NCBI RefSeq assembly: GCF_036321535.1
Contig: NC_087437.1
Span: forward strand, 56,546,001 to 56,610,000
DNA: 64,000 bases
From: Camelus dromedarius
Lineage: Eukaryota
Reading direction: 5' to 3'
The stretch's first letter is position 1; each line of letters begins with the position of its first letter. Positions 49,020 to 61,249 of this stretch are shown piece after piece. The position numbers and the translations under genes are program-made. The notes under the pieces were generated by a model. The model made no database searches. It was not told the DNA's origin and worked only from the letters and a program-made list of their open reading frames with translations.

Positions 49020-49660
49020 GTTATTCTTTCTGTGTCCTTAGCTGGTGCTTCCTCTTTTCCAGATTGTTTAATGTGGACAAACCCAGGGCTCAGTCCTTGA
49101 GCTTCTATCTTCACTTACTCCCTTGATGGTCTCATCTAGTCTCGTGGATTGGAACACCAACTTTATGCTGATGATTACCAAATTTGTTTCCCAAGCCCAG
49201 ACTGTGTATCCAACTCTGTCCTCAACAACTCCACCTGGATAATTAATAGTGTCTCACTCTTGACCTGTTCAAGTTAACTGCTGGTTCTGTGCCCCAAACT
49301 TGCTCTACCTTCAGTGTTCTCCACTTAATTGATAACAACTCCATCTCTCCATTTGGTCAGGCCAAAAAAAAAAAAAAAAAAAAAATCAGAGATGTCATTG
49401 ATTCCTTATTTCATGCCTTACATTCATTCTGTAAGGAAATGTCATTGCCTTCAAAATATACCTTGCAACTGACCACTTCTTTCCACCTGCACTAGTATCA
49501 GCCTCATTGTAGTGAACATTACCTCTTGCCTAGATTACTTCAATGGCCATTAGCTATTTTCCCTGTATCTATTTTTGTTCAAATATAGCCCATTCTCAAC
49601 ATAATAGCCAGAGTGATCATAATAAAATGTTGCAGGGACTTCCCACTTGTCTGCTTTCTG
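49020..49660 (+). mobile_element. LINE-2 ORF2/3' fragment
   Basis: ccagggctcagtccttgagc...ctttatgctgatgattaccaaattt (RT YADD motif)...cctagattacttcaatggcc...gccagagtgatc. Confidence 0.85.
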
Positions 49661-50149
49661 CGATGGTCCCCCATTTCAATTTAATTCAAAATAAGGATAG
49701 TCTTATATGAGGAGACTCCAAGTTATCCAATAGTGAAGAGGGACTTCACAAGAAAAAGCTAGAAATTGTGTCTTATTATGTCTATATTAATTAATCTCAT
49801 TCCTTTTTACTTCTTGAAAAAGATCGCTTACGGTTGAAAGAGCAGTTTCTTATGTCTTTTAACGCTGTTCATGAAATGGCAAATTCCACCAATAAAAGAG
49901 AAGCAAAACTAACTTTTAATTTCATTTAAAACTTTTAGTTTTGATTTTTTTTTTTTTTTTTTTTAGATTTAGATCTCAGATCTGTTGGTTTCATTTAGTA
50001 GGAAAGATACTATGGAACATACTGTACACTGTTATTGCAAAAGAAAGAAATTCCTGAATGACCTGTAAGATTCAGCTCCAACTTTGCTTTGGGTATATAA
50101 AGCCTATTACTTATGCTCTCTCCAACAAAATGTATTGTACGTTTCACTC

Positions 50150-50385
50150 ACACCAGTACCTCTCAGTAGTTGCTTATAATTACATTGAACTACTATATCT
50201 GTTTTACATATATAACTTAATGTAATACTTACATCACTGGAAAGTAAGTCATTATTGATGTTTTATAGGTGAGAAATTGATGATTAGAGCAGTTAAGTAA
50301 ATTGTACAAGGTCATCATTCTACTAAATAGCAGAACTGAGATTTGAACTCAATCCTGAGGCTATAATCTTTCTTTTAGCCATATT
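50150..50385 (-). mobile_element. MIR SINE
   Basis: ttttataggtgagaaattgatgattagagcagttaagtaaattgtacaaggtca...cagaactgagatttgaactc. Confidence 0.75.
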
Positions 50386-50654
50386 GCATTTAATTCATTG
50401 GTTGAAAGTATTTTCCATTAATGTTCTTCTTCACATTGAGCTGCCTTCCTGTAACTAACATCCATTAATCCTAGGCCTATTTTCCAGAGTAAAACATAAT
50501 GTATCTTATTGTTCATTCCTATAATACTCCTTGTTGTATCTTCTTGATGAATTAATCCATTTATCATTATGAGATGACTCTTTTATCCATTGTAATTTTC
50601 CCTGATTTGAAGTCCACTTTATCTGATAATAATGTGACAGCCTCCTTCTTAATT

Positions 50655-51270
50655 TGTTTTTTACTTTTGTTTTATTGAGGCTAAATTCACATAATATGAA
50701 ATTAACTGTTTTACAAAGTATACAATTCAGTGTCCTTCAGTACATTTCCAACAATGTACAACTACCACCTCTATGTAGTTTAAAATCATTTTAATCACCC
50801 TGAAATAGAAGCTTATGCCCAATAAGCCATCTCTCCACTTTCCCTTAGCCCCTGGAAACCATCAATCTACTTTCTGTCTCTAAGGATATACCTATTCTGG
50901 ATATTTCATATAAATGGGATTACATAAAAAATACAATACACCGTTTGTGTTTGACTTCTTCCACTAAGCATAATGTTTTTGATGTTCATTCACGTTGTTG
51001 TCAATATCAGTACTCTGTCCCTTTTTAATGACTAAACCATATTCCATTGTATGTGTATAATACATTGTCTTTATCCACTCAATGATTAATGGAAATTTGG
51101 GTTGTCTCCACTTTTTGACTATTGTGAATAATGCTACTGTAAACATTCATGTATAATTATTTGAGTACATGTTTTCAGTTGGTTTTAGTATATACCTTGG
51201 AGTAGAATCGTTGCATCATATGGTAATTCAACGTTTAATTTTTGAGATACCACCAGACCATCTACCATAG
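50655..51270 (-). mobile_element. L1MB-like 3' end nested in an older L1
   Basis: ttttattgaggctaaattcacata...cccctggaaaccatcaatctactttctgtctcta. ORF 50964-51146 (MFTVALFTIVKKWRQPKFP..EWIKTM) is the ORF2 C-terminus. Flanks agcctccttctt/agctgccttctt resemble a decayed TSD. Confidence 0.9.
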
Positions 51271-51279
51271 TAGCTGCCT

Positions 51280-52380
51280 TCTTTTTTTTTTTTTTTACAT
51301 AATCTATCTTTATCAGTCTTTTTTCTTTAACTCTACATCTATGGATTTAAGTATTTTTGTAACAAGCATATAGGTATGTTTTTTAAATATATTTTAACTT
51401 TTTCTGCTTTTTAATTCAATGCTTATGCAATTTACAGTAATACAGTTATCAATACATTCCACTATTTCCTAAAATATCCATTTTTATCAGTCTTTATTAT
51501 TTCTGTGCTTCATTTTTGCTTCTATTGTACTGCCTTCAAGTTCATTAAATTTATTTGGTAGATTCTAATTTACCAGTAATTTAATCCAGTAAATTTTGGT
51601 TTCAGGTATCATGTTTTTCAGATCTAGAATTTTGTTCTTTTTTTGTGCAACTTTTTTTCTCTTTCCTTATTATCATCATAATTTTCTTGTAATGTATGAA
51701 TATAATTAAAGTAACTGATTAAGTCCTTGCCTGCTAATTCCATCATTTCTACTATTCTGGGGGTGTTGTTTCAATTGAGTCATTTTTTTCTGACCATGAG
51801 CCACATTTCTCTGCTTCTTGGCATATCTAGTAATTTTTCATTAGATACTGGACGTTGAGTATTTCACGTTGTTGAGTGTCAGAATTTTGTTATTTTCTTA
51901 AAAATAGTTCTGATAGGAAGTTAAATTACTTGAGATTAAGTTTGAGACCTTTGAGTTGTGGTCTTAAATTTTATCATGGCAGTTACAGAGTAGCCTCTTC
52001 CAAAAGAATAATTTCGCTACACTACACTAATAATTCAGAAGTCTTTACCCATCTGGGGTCTTTACTGAATTCCTCAACTAATCAACAAAGATGCTTCACT
52101 CAGGATGGTGGAGATCTGAATAATTTCCAGCCCCCTGAAAGCTCTTGGAACTATTTACTCACAGTTTCCCAGCCCTCTAGTCCCCAGCATTATAGAGATT
52201 TACTCAAGAAAGGCATATATAACTTAATAAGAAAAGAGATCCCAATTAGACTTTTAAAACCCTTTCTGAGTATATCCCTCATTTCTATAATGCTGTCCTG
52301 AAAATTCCAGTTAATTCAGACTTACTGACTTCAGACCTATATATTCTCAAATCAGTGGTACTACTGTACTTTTCTGGTAT
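51280..52380 (-). mobile_element. Ancient L1 5'/ORF1 relic (host of the L1MB copy; its other part is at about 50520-50650)
   Basis: taagtccttgcctgctaattccatcat...cacatttctctgcttcttggcatatctagtaattttt. Confidence 0.65.
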
Positions 52381-52387
52381 TTGCGTT

Positions 52388-52492
52388 TGTGATGGTCAAA
52401 TTTACATGTTAACTTACCTGGACTAGTGCACAGACATGTGGTCAAACATTACTGTGGCTGTTTCTCTGAGGGTGCTTTTGGATGATATTAAC
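52388..52492 (+). mobile_element. MLT2 LTR 5' fragment
   Basis: tgtgatggtcaaatttacatgttaactt...ggtcaaacatta...tgagggtgcttttggatga. Confidence 0.75.
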
Positions 52493-53060
52493 TTGTTTTT
52501 GTATTGAGTATTATTATTTTTAATAGACCTTATTTTTATAATAGTTTTAGGTAACTCCAAAAAAAGACATCATAAGCTTTAAGTAATTTTTCCTCTGAAA
52601 ATATTTTTAGAAAAGTAAGGAAGTATAATATTATAAAATTTCCTCATCTTTTAGAGGAGTCTACCATTGCTCTCTTCACAGTTGAAAGGAAAATTAGTGC
52701 TATCACAAAAAGAACTTCATGACGTTAAAGAACTTAATTCTGAGTTAAAAATCCTTCATATTTTCAATCTTTTTTTAGGGATTTATGAAATTTTATTTCT
52801 TGGATCTTGAGTTACTTTTGCTTTTGAATTGATCACTTCAGCTAGCTTTCAGAAACCTGTATATTCCACATTTTCAGAGGAGCACTTTCTAAAAGCTCCT
52901 TTGACTTGGTCATAAGATATCATGTTAAGCTATCTCTTTCTCTGGACCCACCCACCTGTTTCAAGATCTTGCATGGTCCTTCTAAGGCTGAACTGCTGTG
53001 TCTCCAAGGTTCTCCCTAGACTATACCCATGTCTAGTTTCTTAGCCCAATGCCTAGTTTT

Positions 53061-53111
53061 TATATATATATATAAAAACATATATATATATGTAAAGTAT
53101 ATATATATATA
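53061..53111 (+). repeat. Interrupted (TA)n microsatellite
   Basis: Seen directly. Confidence 0.9.
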
Positions 53112-53916
53112 TGCTTTAAAAGTAACATAAGGATTAAACCTCAGTGATTATTCAAAATTAAAAAAATATATATAATAAATTTTCTATTAGAAAAAAAGTT
53201 GATGATTCTAACACCTATATGGAAGATACAATACTTAATACATCTAAGATTTTTGCCACATAAGGGAAAAAATTTATCCATGCTAGATCATTAATTTGTG
53301 CTTTATAAAAGTGAAAAACATATCCAGAATATTCTTAATTTTGTTCTTTAAAAAAGGGACTTGAAGTAGAAATATAGAATCTGTGTCCTCCAATATATAA
53401 AAGACATTTATTGAATGTTGTCTTCAACCATGCTTTCGTGTAAGTTTTTCTCAAACTCCTTTTAATGTTGCCTTACTACCATTTCATATTCAACCTCCAA
53501 ATTATTAGCACTGTGAAAAAGTTGAAGCCAGAAGAATGAGGAAATAGTCATCACCCAAATCTTTCAACTCTGCCTTTACAAAGACAGTATGTCTGAAAAG
53601 AAAGACCTATCACTAAGGAAACATCATATCATCAAGATTTCCATTTCCCAGAACATACCTGCAAGCTAGTACCCACCTTTCAGGTTTCATTACAAAATAA
53701 ACTATTGACATTTACTTATGCAGTTTTTCTTTCAGACATTTTGCTGGGTCAATATTCACTATTTCTTTTTATATTTCATTTTTCAATTCCCCTTAAGAAA
53801 TAAATAAAAGATACGTGGATTGAATTTGTGTACTTGTAAGAAGCCAAGTATTTATTCATCTACAGTATGAGGTTGCTATTATTTTAAGAACACTTGCTGC
53901 AATAATATTAATTACC

Positions 53917-54764
53917 CAACAACTGCTACATAATTTTTGGTGCAGAGTGCAAAATGAAAATGTGTTTTCAAAAAACAAGGGAAATGTGTCATTAAAAGTA
54001 CCAGCAACTGCCTTCCTTTCTTCCACCGGTTTTCTCTTGTCATGGTGTTTTCGCTTTGATGTCACTGTAAGTAAAGAAAATTTTACATTTTAAATCATTA
54101 GTATGCATTTTGTTTTACATTTTTATATTATGCAATACCAATTTTAATGGAAATGTACAAAGCTTACTTGATTGATTTTATTTCACTTCTTGACATTGCC
54201 TATTCTGTCAATATGCTCTACTTCCAGGTGCTGTGAGTAAGGAAGGATTGAAAGCCAAAGGAATTGTGGGTTGTCCTATTGTTCCCTTTCCTTCCATGTC
54301 ACTATTTTTAGCACAAGTGATTGACTAATGCAAGGAAGTAATATGAGTGAGAAAAGGATATGATGGAGTTCCTTGGCCATTCATGTTTCTTAGGACACAA
54401 CTTCCTTCTTCCTTCATTCAAAAAGCTTTGATTCAGTTAGAAAGCGTGACTTCTCAGGACTGTCAGTGCCACTCTCTGTTGTAAACATAGCATGCTTGTC
54501 TTGTATGCACTTCAGCTTGCTGAATTCCCATGTAACTTGGTCCACCAGAATTCTGCGCTTACAGAGCATCACCAATACTATGTGTCAATGGAAAAAAAGG
54601 ACACACATACTGCATTTTTCCAGTAGGACATCACTTACAAAACACAGGTTCAAAATTCATACATCTTATTAAGACTTTCAAGGTAGTGACAGCAGAACAT
54701 TGGGCCCTTCTGAGCTTGGGGCCCTGTGAACGGCCTAGGTTGCATGCTCATGAAGCCACCCTCG
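53917..54764 (-). mobile_element. MER45-family non-autonomous hAT DNA transposon
   Basis: Ends gctacataattt..gtgcaaaatgaaaa and gggcccttctgagc..ggggccctgtg..catgaagcc match MER45 termini. 8-bp TSD taattacc (53909-53916) / taattatc (54765-54772). Confidence 0.85.
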
Positions 54765-54909
54765 TAATTATCATTATGAAATGCCTCCGTATGCCCAGTG
54801 CTTTACATGCATTTTCTTTCTCCCTCATGAAAAAACTGTTATCCTGAATTTTAGAGGATAAAATGAATATTTGAGAAGTCAATATGGAGATAGAACACAT
54901 AGATATGTA

Positions 54910-55122
54910 GACACATAGATACAGAGAACAGATTGATGGTTGCCAGAGGCAAAGGTGAGGACTGGGCCAAATGGGGAAAGATGGTCAAAACCTATAAATG
55001 TCTAATTATAAGGTAAATAAGTCATGGGGATGTAATGCACAGCATGGTGACTATAGTTAATAATACTGTATTGTATATTTGAAAGTTGCTAAGAGAGTAG
55101 ATCTTAAAGGTTATCATAAAAA
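54910..55122 (+). mobile_element. L1MA9-like 3' UTR fragment
   Basis: gagaacagattgatggttgccagagg...cagcatggtgactatagttaataatactgtattgtatatttgaaagttgctaagagagtagatcttaaa. Confidence 0.88.
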
Positions 55123-55331
55123 CCCCATAACTGATCCACTTACTCTTTATGTCCCCTACTCTATCAACAGCTACAGTTCAAGACTGAGTGGAAGGTAAAG
55201 CTGCAATAATATTTGAACTTGGCAACTTTAAGCAACCCTTTAACCTCACTATAACATATGATCAAAATAAACGGAATTGATTCTATTGCATGACTTAGAG
55301 AAATCAGTCTTATTATTTTAAAATTATACTA

Positions 55332-55439
55332 TAGGCAATCCTTGCTTTGCATGGTACTATGTTAACTGACACTTGTGAATGTTAGTATGGTGTCACCATT
55401 CTCTACTTCCATGGAATGGTGCAAAGCAAGTACTGCCAT
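55332..55439 (+). mobile_element. Tigger-like MITE (TcMar)
   Basis: Terminal inverted repeats ggcaatccttgctttgcat / gtgcaaagcaagtactgcc (16/19 match), preceded by TA. Confidence 0.65.
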
Positions 55440-55522
55440 CTGAGTTAATGTGTTTGGATAGCAATTTACAGCTTATAATTTTTTGTTTGTTTGCTTTTGG
55501 TTTATTAAAATGTTATTTACCA

Positions 55523-56210
55523 TGCGGTGGGGGTTAATTCCAGCAGACCTAGGACTGGCCTCAGGTGTGTTACTGGGGTACCTGTACAGCACTGATGCTC
55601 GATCAAGACATGAAATAGAATTGTTAACAGTGTCACTTTGTAACCACATATCCCAAGGAGTTTGAAGATGGTTTACACAAGTTTATCAACATCATTTAAT
55701 CTACAACAGTGAGATTGATGGTTTGTATCCAGTCTTAGTGAGACCCCCCTCAGAAAGTTTTGCCATTGGGGCTGTTTACATATCAAGAACACGCCTATGT
55801 GGTTAGGCAGAATGTAGGATACCTCAGTCAAGACCCCATTATAAACTCCATGGTTCCAAAATGTGCTGTGCATGGACCGTTTCTGATCCAAGAAAGAAAG
55901 CAGCTGCACGTAGGCAGCCCTTGCACACAATCAGAGCTCTTGCCCAGACTCAGGCTGTGAGGTCTTCGGCTGTGATGCACACCCTGACTTTAATGCTGTT
56001 TCTCCATTGTACCCTTCTCTATGAGTAAACTGTAGACTTTTTTTTTTTAATTAAAGTACAGTCAGTTAAATGTGTCAATTTCTGGTGTACAGCACAATGT
56101 CCCAGCCATGCATATGCTTACATGTATTCATTTTTATATTCTTAGGCTTCTACATGTTGTCCTTTTAGTTGCTATCATCTTCCTCAGTAATCAGTCCTAC
56201 CTAACTAGCA
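55523..56210 (+). mobile_element. ERVL solo LTR (MER54/MER74-like) interrupted by a small L1
   Basis: TG...CA ends, a TATA-like ttataaa, and an AGTAAA poly(A)-like signal near 56024. GC-richer than flanks. Confidence 0.6.
56038..56142 (-). mobile_element. Very short L1 3'-end insertion (camelid type)
   Basis: Poly-T, then aagtacagtcagtt..tgtgtcaatttctggtgtacagcacaatgtcccag. Flanks tagactt/taggctt. Confidence 0.85.
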
Positions 56211-56729
56211 CCATTAGTTCATTTACATTAACTATATTTCAGTAACTCGTGTTCACAATATTATTAATTTTATTACTTCTAAAAACTTGTATAAGCACCA
56301 CCATAATCAGGATATAGGTCACTTCCTCGCCCTAAAATGTTTCTTTGAGACCCTTTGCCCCTGCCCCACGCTAGGCAACCAGACTTAAAATGATCAAATT
56401 CACTTTTCTGTTCTAGGAAAGCAGAACAGAATATGATTCGCAAATTTTTTACATAAGTTCTCTGGGACACTGCATCCCACTCACAGGGGTGCATTGGAAT
56501 ATTTTACATATTTGAATAAAACACAGATACCACATAAATTACAATTGTTAACTTATTTGAATCTAATTAGCTAATAAACAGAGCTACTAGGTATATCTTT
56601 GGTCTGAGGCATTATGAAGAAATTTCTGATACATCAGTTAGTTCTTTGATCTAAGAAAATTTGGAAACTTCTGACATTCATTTCACTGTGAAATGCTACT
56701 GATGCCTGAATGGTGGGGGAGGCATATTA

Positions 56730-57190
56730 GGCACAATTATATTGGCTAAAAACAACAGCAACAGCTAGCAATGGCTGTAGCAGACAGGAGTTATTTCTCT
56801 CAAGAATCAATTAAGTTCAGAGTATGAGGCTGATAGGACTGAGACATCTGCTCAAGATGTTATCAGAGATGAAGGCTGTCCTGATCGGCTATCAGTAGGA
56901 TGTGGCTCTCATTATCATGATCACAATATGATTGCTTCACTCCCAGCATCACACCTGCTATCCCAGAAGGAAAACAAACAAACAAACAAATAGAATAGCT
57001 GAGAGATAAAATGACAAATACATCCTAACAGTTTAGTGTAAATTTAAAAATAACTTCCTTAGAAACTAGCCCAGAAAATTCCTTTTGCATCTTATCATTC
57101 AGAAAAGTGTTACATGGTCATGCCTAACTACAAGGAAGCAAAGGAAATGGCATATTTCTATTTTCAAAACTTTAGAATAGAGGAAGTCAA
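56730..57190 (-). mobile_element. Old MLT1-type LTR
   Basis: aatatgattgcttcactcccagcatcacacctg...gtgttacatggtcatgcctaactacaaggaagcaaaggaaatg. Confidence 0.6.
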
Positions 57191-58885
57191 TTGAAAATGA
57201 CTATTGAGTGTGAATAAACAGGAAACATCAATATTTTATAATCTTAAAATATATTTCCACTAAATGCTAGTGGAAATTGTCTCTAAATTTGCTATTATGC
57301 TATTTGTAAGTTAGCTGCTTTAGTGCAGGATAGGAAAGGTTACGAAATGCTATATTGCTTTTGTTGGCGAGAAAACCTCTAGTTTGTGTTCTGAAATAAA
57401 TCTTCACCATTATGTAAAGGTCTTGTATCCTATGATTGTCTTATACCATCACGTAAAATCTTGTTGATTTCACATAATAATTGTTGTGGTAAAAACTGTC
57501 TATTTGTTGGGGTTTTAATTTTTTGTGTTCTTTTCAGAGTATTGTGCTACACTCCAGCAGGCAGCCTTCCCGTTCCTATTTCCTCCATTTCATTGAATAA
57601 CCAGACTTCCTGACATAGAAGATATCGACAGAAACTTGTCCATGATAGACATTTAATCAACTCATGGAGTTGGCTTTAGTAGTTTTGAGATGTGATAAAT
57701 TTAGAAACTGTGGACACCTGTCAGAATTTTGAGGCTAAATTTAATAATGAATAACTAAAACTTTATGAACATGTCAAATTCTGTAAATATACTTGAATGT
57801 TTAATTCATTCTTTGGGCATTAGATGGCACCAAGAACTGAAATTAAGGCAGTGTTTAGATTTTATGTATTAAGCTTGAAGTCTGACATTTCATGGGACTT
57901 TTATTATTTTGCTAGATGAATTTCCTTTTAAAAAACTTAAAATAAACAGTTTATATAGGACATAAGTGTGCTGATAGCCTGTGGTTGAATAGATCATATA
58001 AGAAAGAAAACAGTAAGTAGGGAATGCATTCAATAGTTAAGGTGACTTTTAAATACATCATGAATTTTTATAACATTTCTGAGATATTCGACTCCCACTT
58101 GAAATTGGAAGCAATTTTAGATATCAGAATTCAAATTCGAGTAATTCTGAAAGTCTTCAAGAGAGTTTTGAATGTTGAGCACATAATAATACATAACCCA
58201 AGTTCCCTATTCATTTCTTTATAGGACTATTGACCTGAATACCTGCATGAAGTTTCTGTTCATTCCTTCTTTGGAATAATTTAAATAGAGGCACTATAAT
58301 TAAGGCTATTTTTTCCCCTTTTGGCTACTAGAGCAATGCTTTCGTCCCATATAATCCTATTTCTAAAGTCACCACTACTTGAGGGTCTCAATAATACAGT
58401 ACCTATTAAACAATTCATGCCGAACCTGGAGACTTGGTGTTTTGGGAAAAAGAAAGGTATGAAGAAATGGAAAATTTATTTTGGAAGAAAGGCAAAGTAG
58501 ACAGCCTGTCATTTCTACCTTCATGGATTATGAAAAGAAAAAATCGAGACAGAGGTAAACTGAGGAGGTCAAATGCCAGGATTATTACTTTCCCGCACTA
58601 CTTCCCTTGAAGTTATACAGCAGTTAAATCAAAAAATACACAGAAAGGTATGGAAGAATCTAAATCCTCTTGACCCTGGATGAGAGGAATAACACGGAGA
58701 TGTGAGTAAGAGGAGGACTATTAGATGAGCCTGAGGTAGGACCCTGGTGTTTCAGGAGCGTTCCCTGCACAAAGCAAGCGAGGGTGTGAAAGTTTCCACG
58801 TGACCTGGTGAGAGGATGCAAAGTTACTGAAAAGGCCAGTGGGCCAGCAGATGTCAGCTTGGAGAAAGGACTAGGGAACGTAACC

Positions 58886-59147
58886 TTTTGTTTTGGTTTG
58901 GTTTGGTTTGTTTATTGAGATATAGTTAGTTTACAAAGTTGTGTCAATTTCTGGTGTACAGCATAATGTTTCAGTCATATATACACATACATATATTCAT
59001 TTTCATATACTTTTTCATGACAGGCTATTACAAGGTATTGAATACTGTTCCCTGTGCTGTACAGTAGAAACTTGCTGTTTATCTATTTTATGTATACTAG
59101 TTAGTCTCTGCAAATCTCAAACTAGAATTTATCCCTTCCCATCCCTT
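58886..59147 (-). mobile_element. L1 3'-end insertion (camelid type) with a decayed (TTTGG)n tail
   Basis: ttattgagatatagttagtttacaaagttgtgtcaatttctggtgtacagc...ttccctgtgctgtacagtag; same family as the copies at 18246, 56038 and 60917. Confidence 0.9.
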
Positions 59148-60916
59148 TCCTTTTTGTGGCTTTTTAGTAGTGAAAATATTGTCTTCCACTACAGCTCCCT
59201 CTGATATAGGAATTTCCCGTGCTGAGGGGTGTACTAAACCATTCAGACATTGGTCCTGATTTTGCCCCATTTTACAGGGGATTATAGCCTCAAATGCTAT
59301 AACAGGATGTGGTGGAACAGGGTCCATTAGAGAGCATGTGTCTTTTCTGAAAGGGTTGGAGTACACTCAGCTCTAAAAAATGGTTGCCCTAGAGGAATGC
59401 TGGCTTAGTGTTGCCAGATTTCCTAATTTTTAAAGAAAAATCATAAATATTTATTTAACATGGATCTTATAGGTTTTTCAATAAGATCAAATAATCCAAT
59501 TTAAAAGAAAATAGGGGCCAAATAAAGCATATGATCCATTAGTTACCAGTTCGCTGACATTGTTATAGAGAATATGATCCTTCCCAAACCAGCCCTTTAA
59601 ATACGTGTGAACAGATAAAGAACCCCTAAAATTTAGTTTAACATGGATTTCTCCCCAGAGAGGCGGGGTGTATGGCACCACATTTTTCTTATATTTCTGT
59701 TTTCATTTCTTTTTTCAGCTACTTCAGTTTGAGAGTCTTGGGCTCACCTGATCCATGTGAAATGTACGTGTTTTCCCGCATCACTCCGTGCAAACTTATG
59801 CACCAGGATACTTAATCCAAGGCTGTAGCAGTAAATGCCAAATGAATTTATTTAGACCTACCTAAAATAATCACTAATGAAGAGAAGCTTCTGTTTTCTT
59901 TTTCCTGGTTTGTTTGTAGTCTTTTGTGTATCTTTGAGATTTCACCCTGGATGTCTCTATGTTGTAAGTTACTTTCAGTTCTGAGCATTTTATAGGACAA
60001 TTTTTCCCTCAAAAAAAAAAAAAAGTAGCATTCTGAAATGCTAAGTACACTTCATTCATTACTCATTTAGATGGAAAATATTATAAATCTTCTCAAATTC
60101 ACTTCCCTAATTTCCATGTGCACAAGATGACAATAGGCAGCAGTGACAGTGTTTTACATGTTTTACTAAAAGAATGTAAAAAAATGTGTTTTTCATATTT
60201 TTTGTTTGAAAAAAATGTAAGTTCATAAAAGTCTTATAAATAATTATAAACAGAAGTTGGAGTCACATGGCAAATATGCTGATGTGACACATTTTCTCCT
60301 TCTCATCACATCTACCTTACAAATCCTTTTGATATAAAGTTGAGCTCAGTCATAAAACATGAAATCTCCAGAATCAGGAATTGAAGGAAAAAAACCCTTA
60401 AAGCCAGATAGGCAAATATGAGCTTACATAGTAGTGACCCACGAGGGGCTTAGTTCTAAATATAGGCCCAGGAAATTGGTGGTCATATTCTAGTGCCTAT
60501 AGTGGAAAAAAAAGTGAAGCACAGATTTAGAATTATTTAAGATGGAAGAGCTTTAATTGAACCCATTTAAACTAATTCTAGAAAATGTTTAGTTATTCAA
60601 ATCAGTAAACACAATATTTACTGTAAGCCTATTAGTATTGAATATTTAAAACAGTGAACATAATAGTACCTATTTAAAACTGTAAATGTCATGTTTGGTT
60701 AGATTTAAATATATGGAGAATTAAAATGATGGCATATAATGTGTTTGGGGGAAATGGGAATAAAAGCTTCTTAAGGTCCTTACTATAAGTGGAAAAAAGT
60801 TAAAAGCATCTGTTAATGCCAGATTTTGTTAAGAATGTATTCTATATCCTCTAGGAAAAACCTTAAAACAAGAAGAGTACAAGATGTAGCTGCCAATCAA
60901 GAAAAAAAAAAAAAAG

Positions 60917-61249
60917 GACACAAATAAACTTATTTACCAAACAGAGATAGACTCTAAGATGTAGAAAACAAACTTACGGTTACCAGAAGGGGAAGGGAGT
61001 GGTGAGGGATAAATTAGGAGTTTGGAATTTATAGATACTAATTACAATATTTGAATAGAATAGCAACAAGGTCCCACTGTGTAGCTAGCACAGGGGACTA
61101 TACTCAATACCTTCTAAAGGCCTATAATGAAAAAGACTATGAAAAAGAATTTATATATATGTATATGTATAAATGAATCACTATGCTATACACCAGAAGT
61201 TAACACAACACGATTGTAAATTGTTTATCCTTCAATAAAAAAAAGAAAA
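60917..61249 (+). mobile_element. L1 3'-end insertion (cetartiodactyl/camelid type)
   Basis: gacacaaataaacttatttaccaaacaga...gaatcactatgctatacaccagaagttaacacaac...cttcaataaaaaaaa; homologous to 8975-9200. Confidence 0.92.

Noticed and set aside
51876..52301. Longest ORF in the track (141 aa)
   Set aside because: It has a non-ATG start, lies antisense within an old L1 relic, and shows no recognisable domain.
59720..59765. Plus-strand exon after a strong pyrimidine tract
   Set aside because: The donor (AAT|GTACGT) is weak and there is no recognisable peptide or partner exon.
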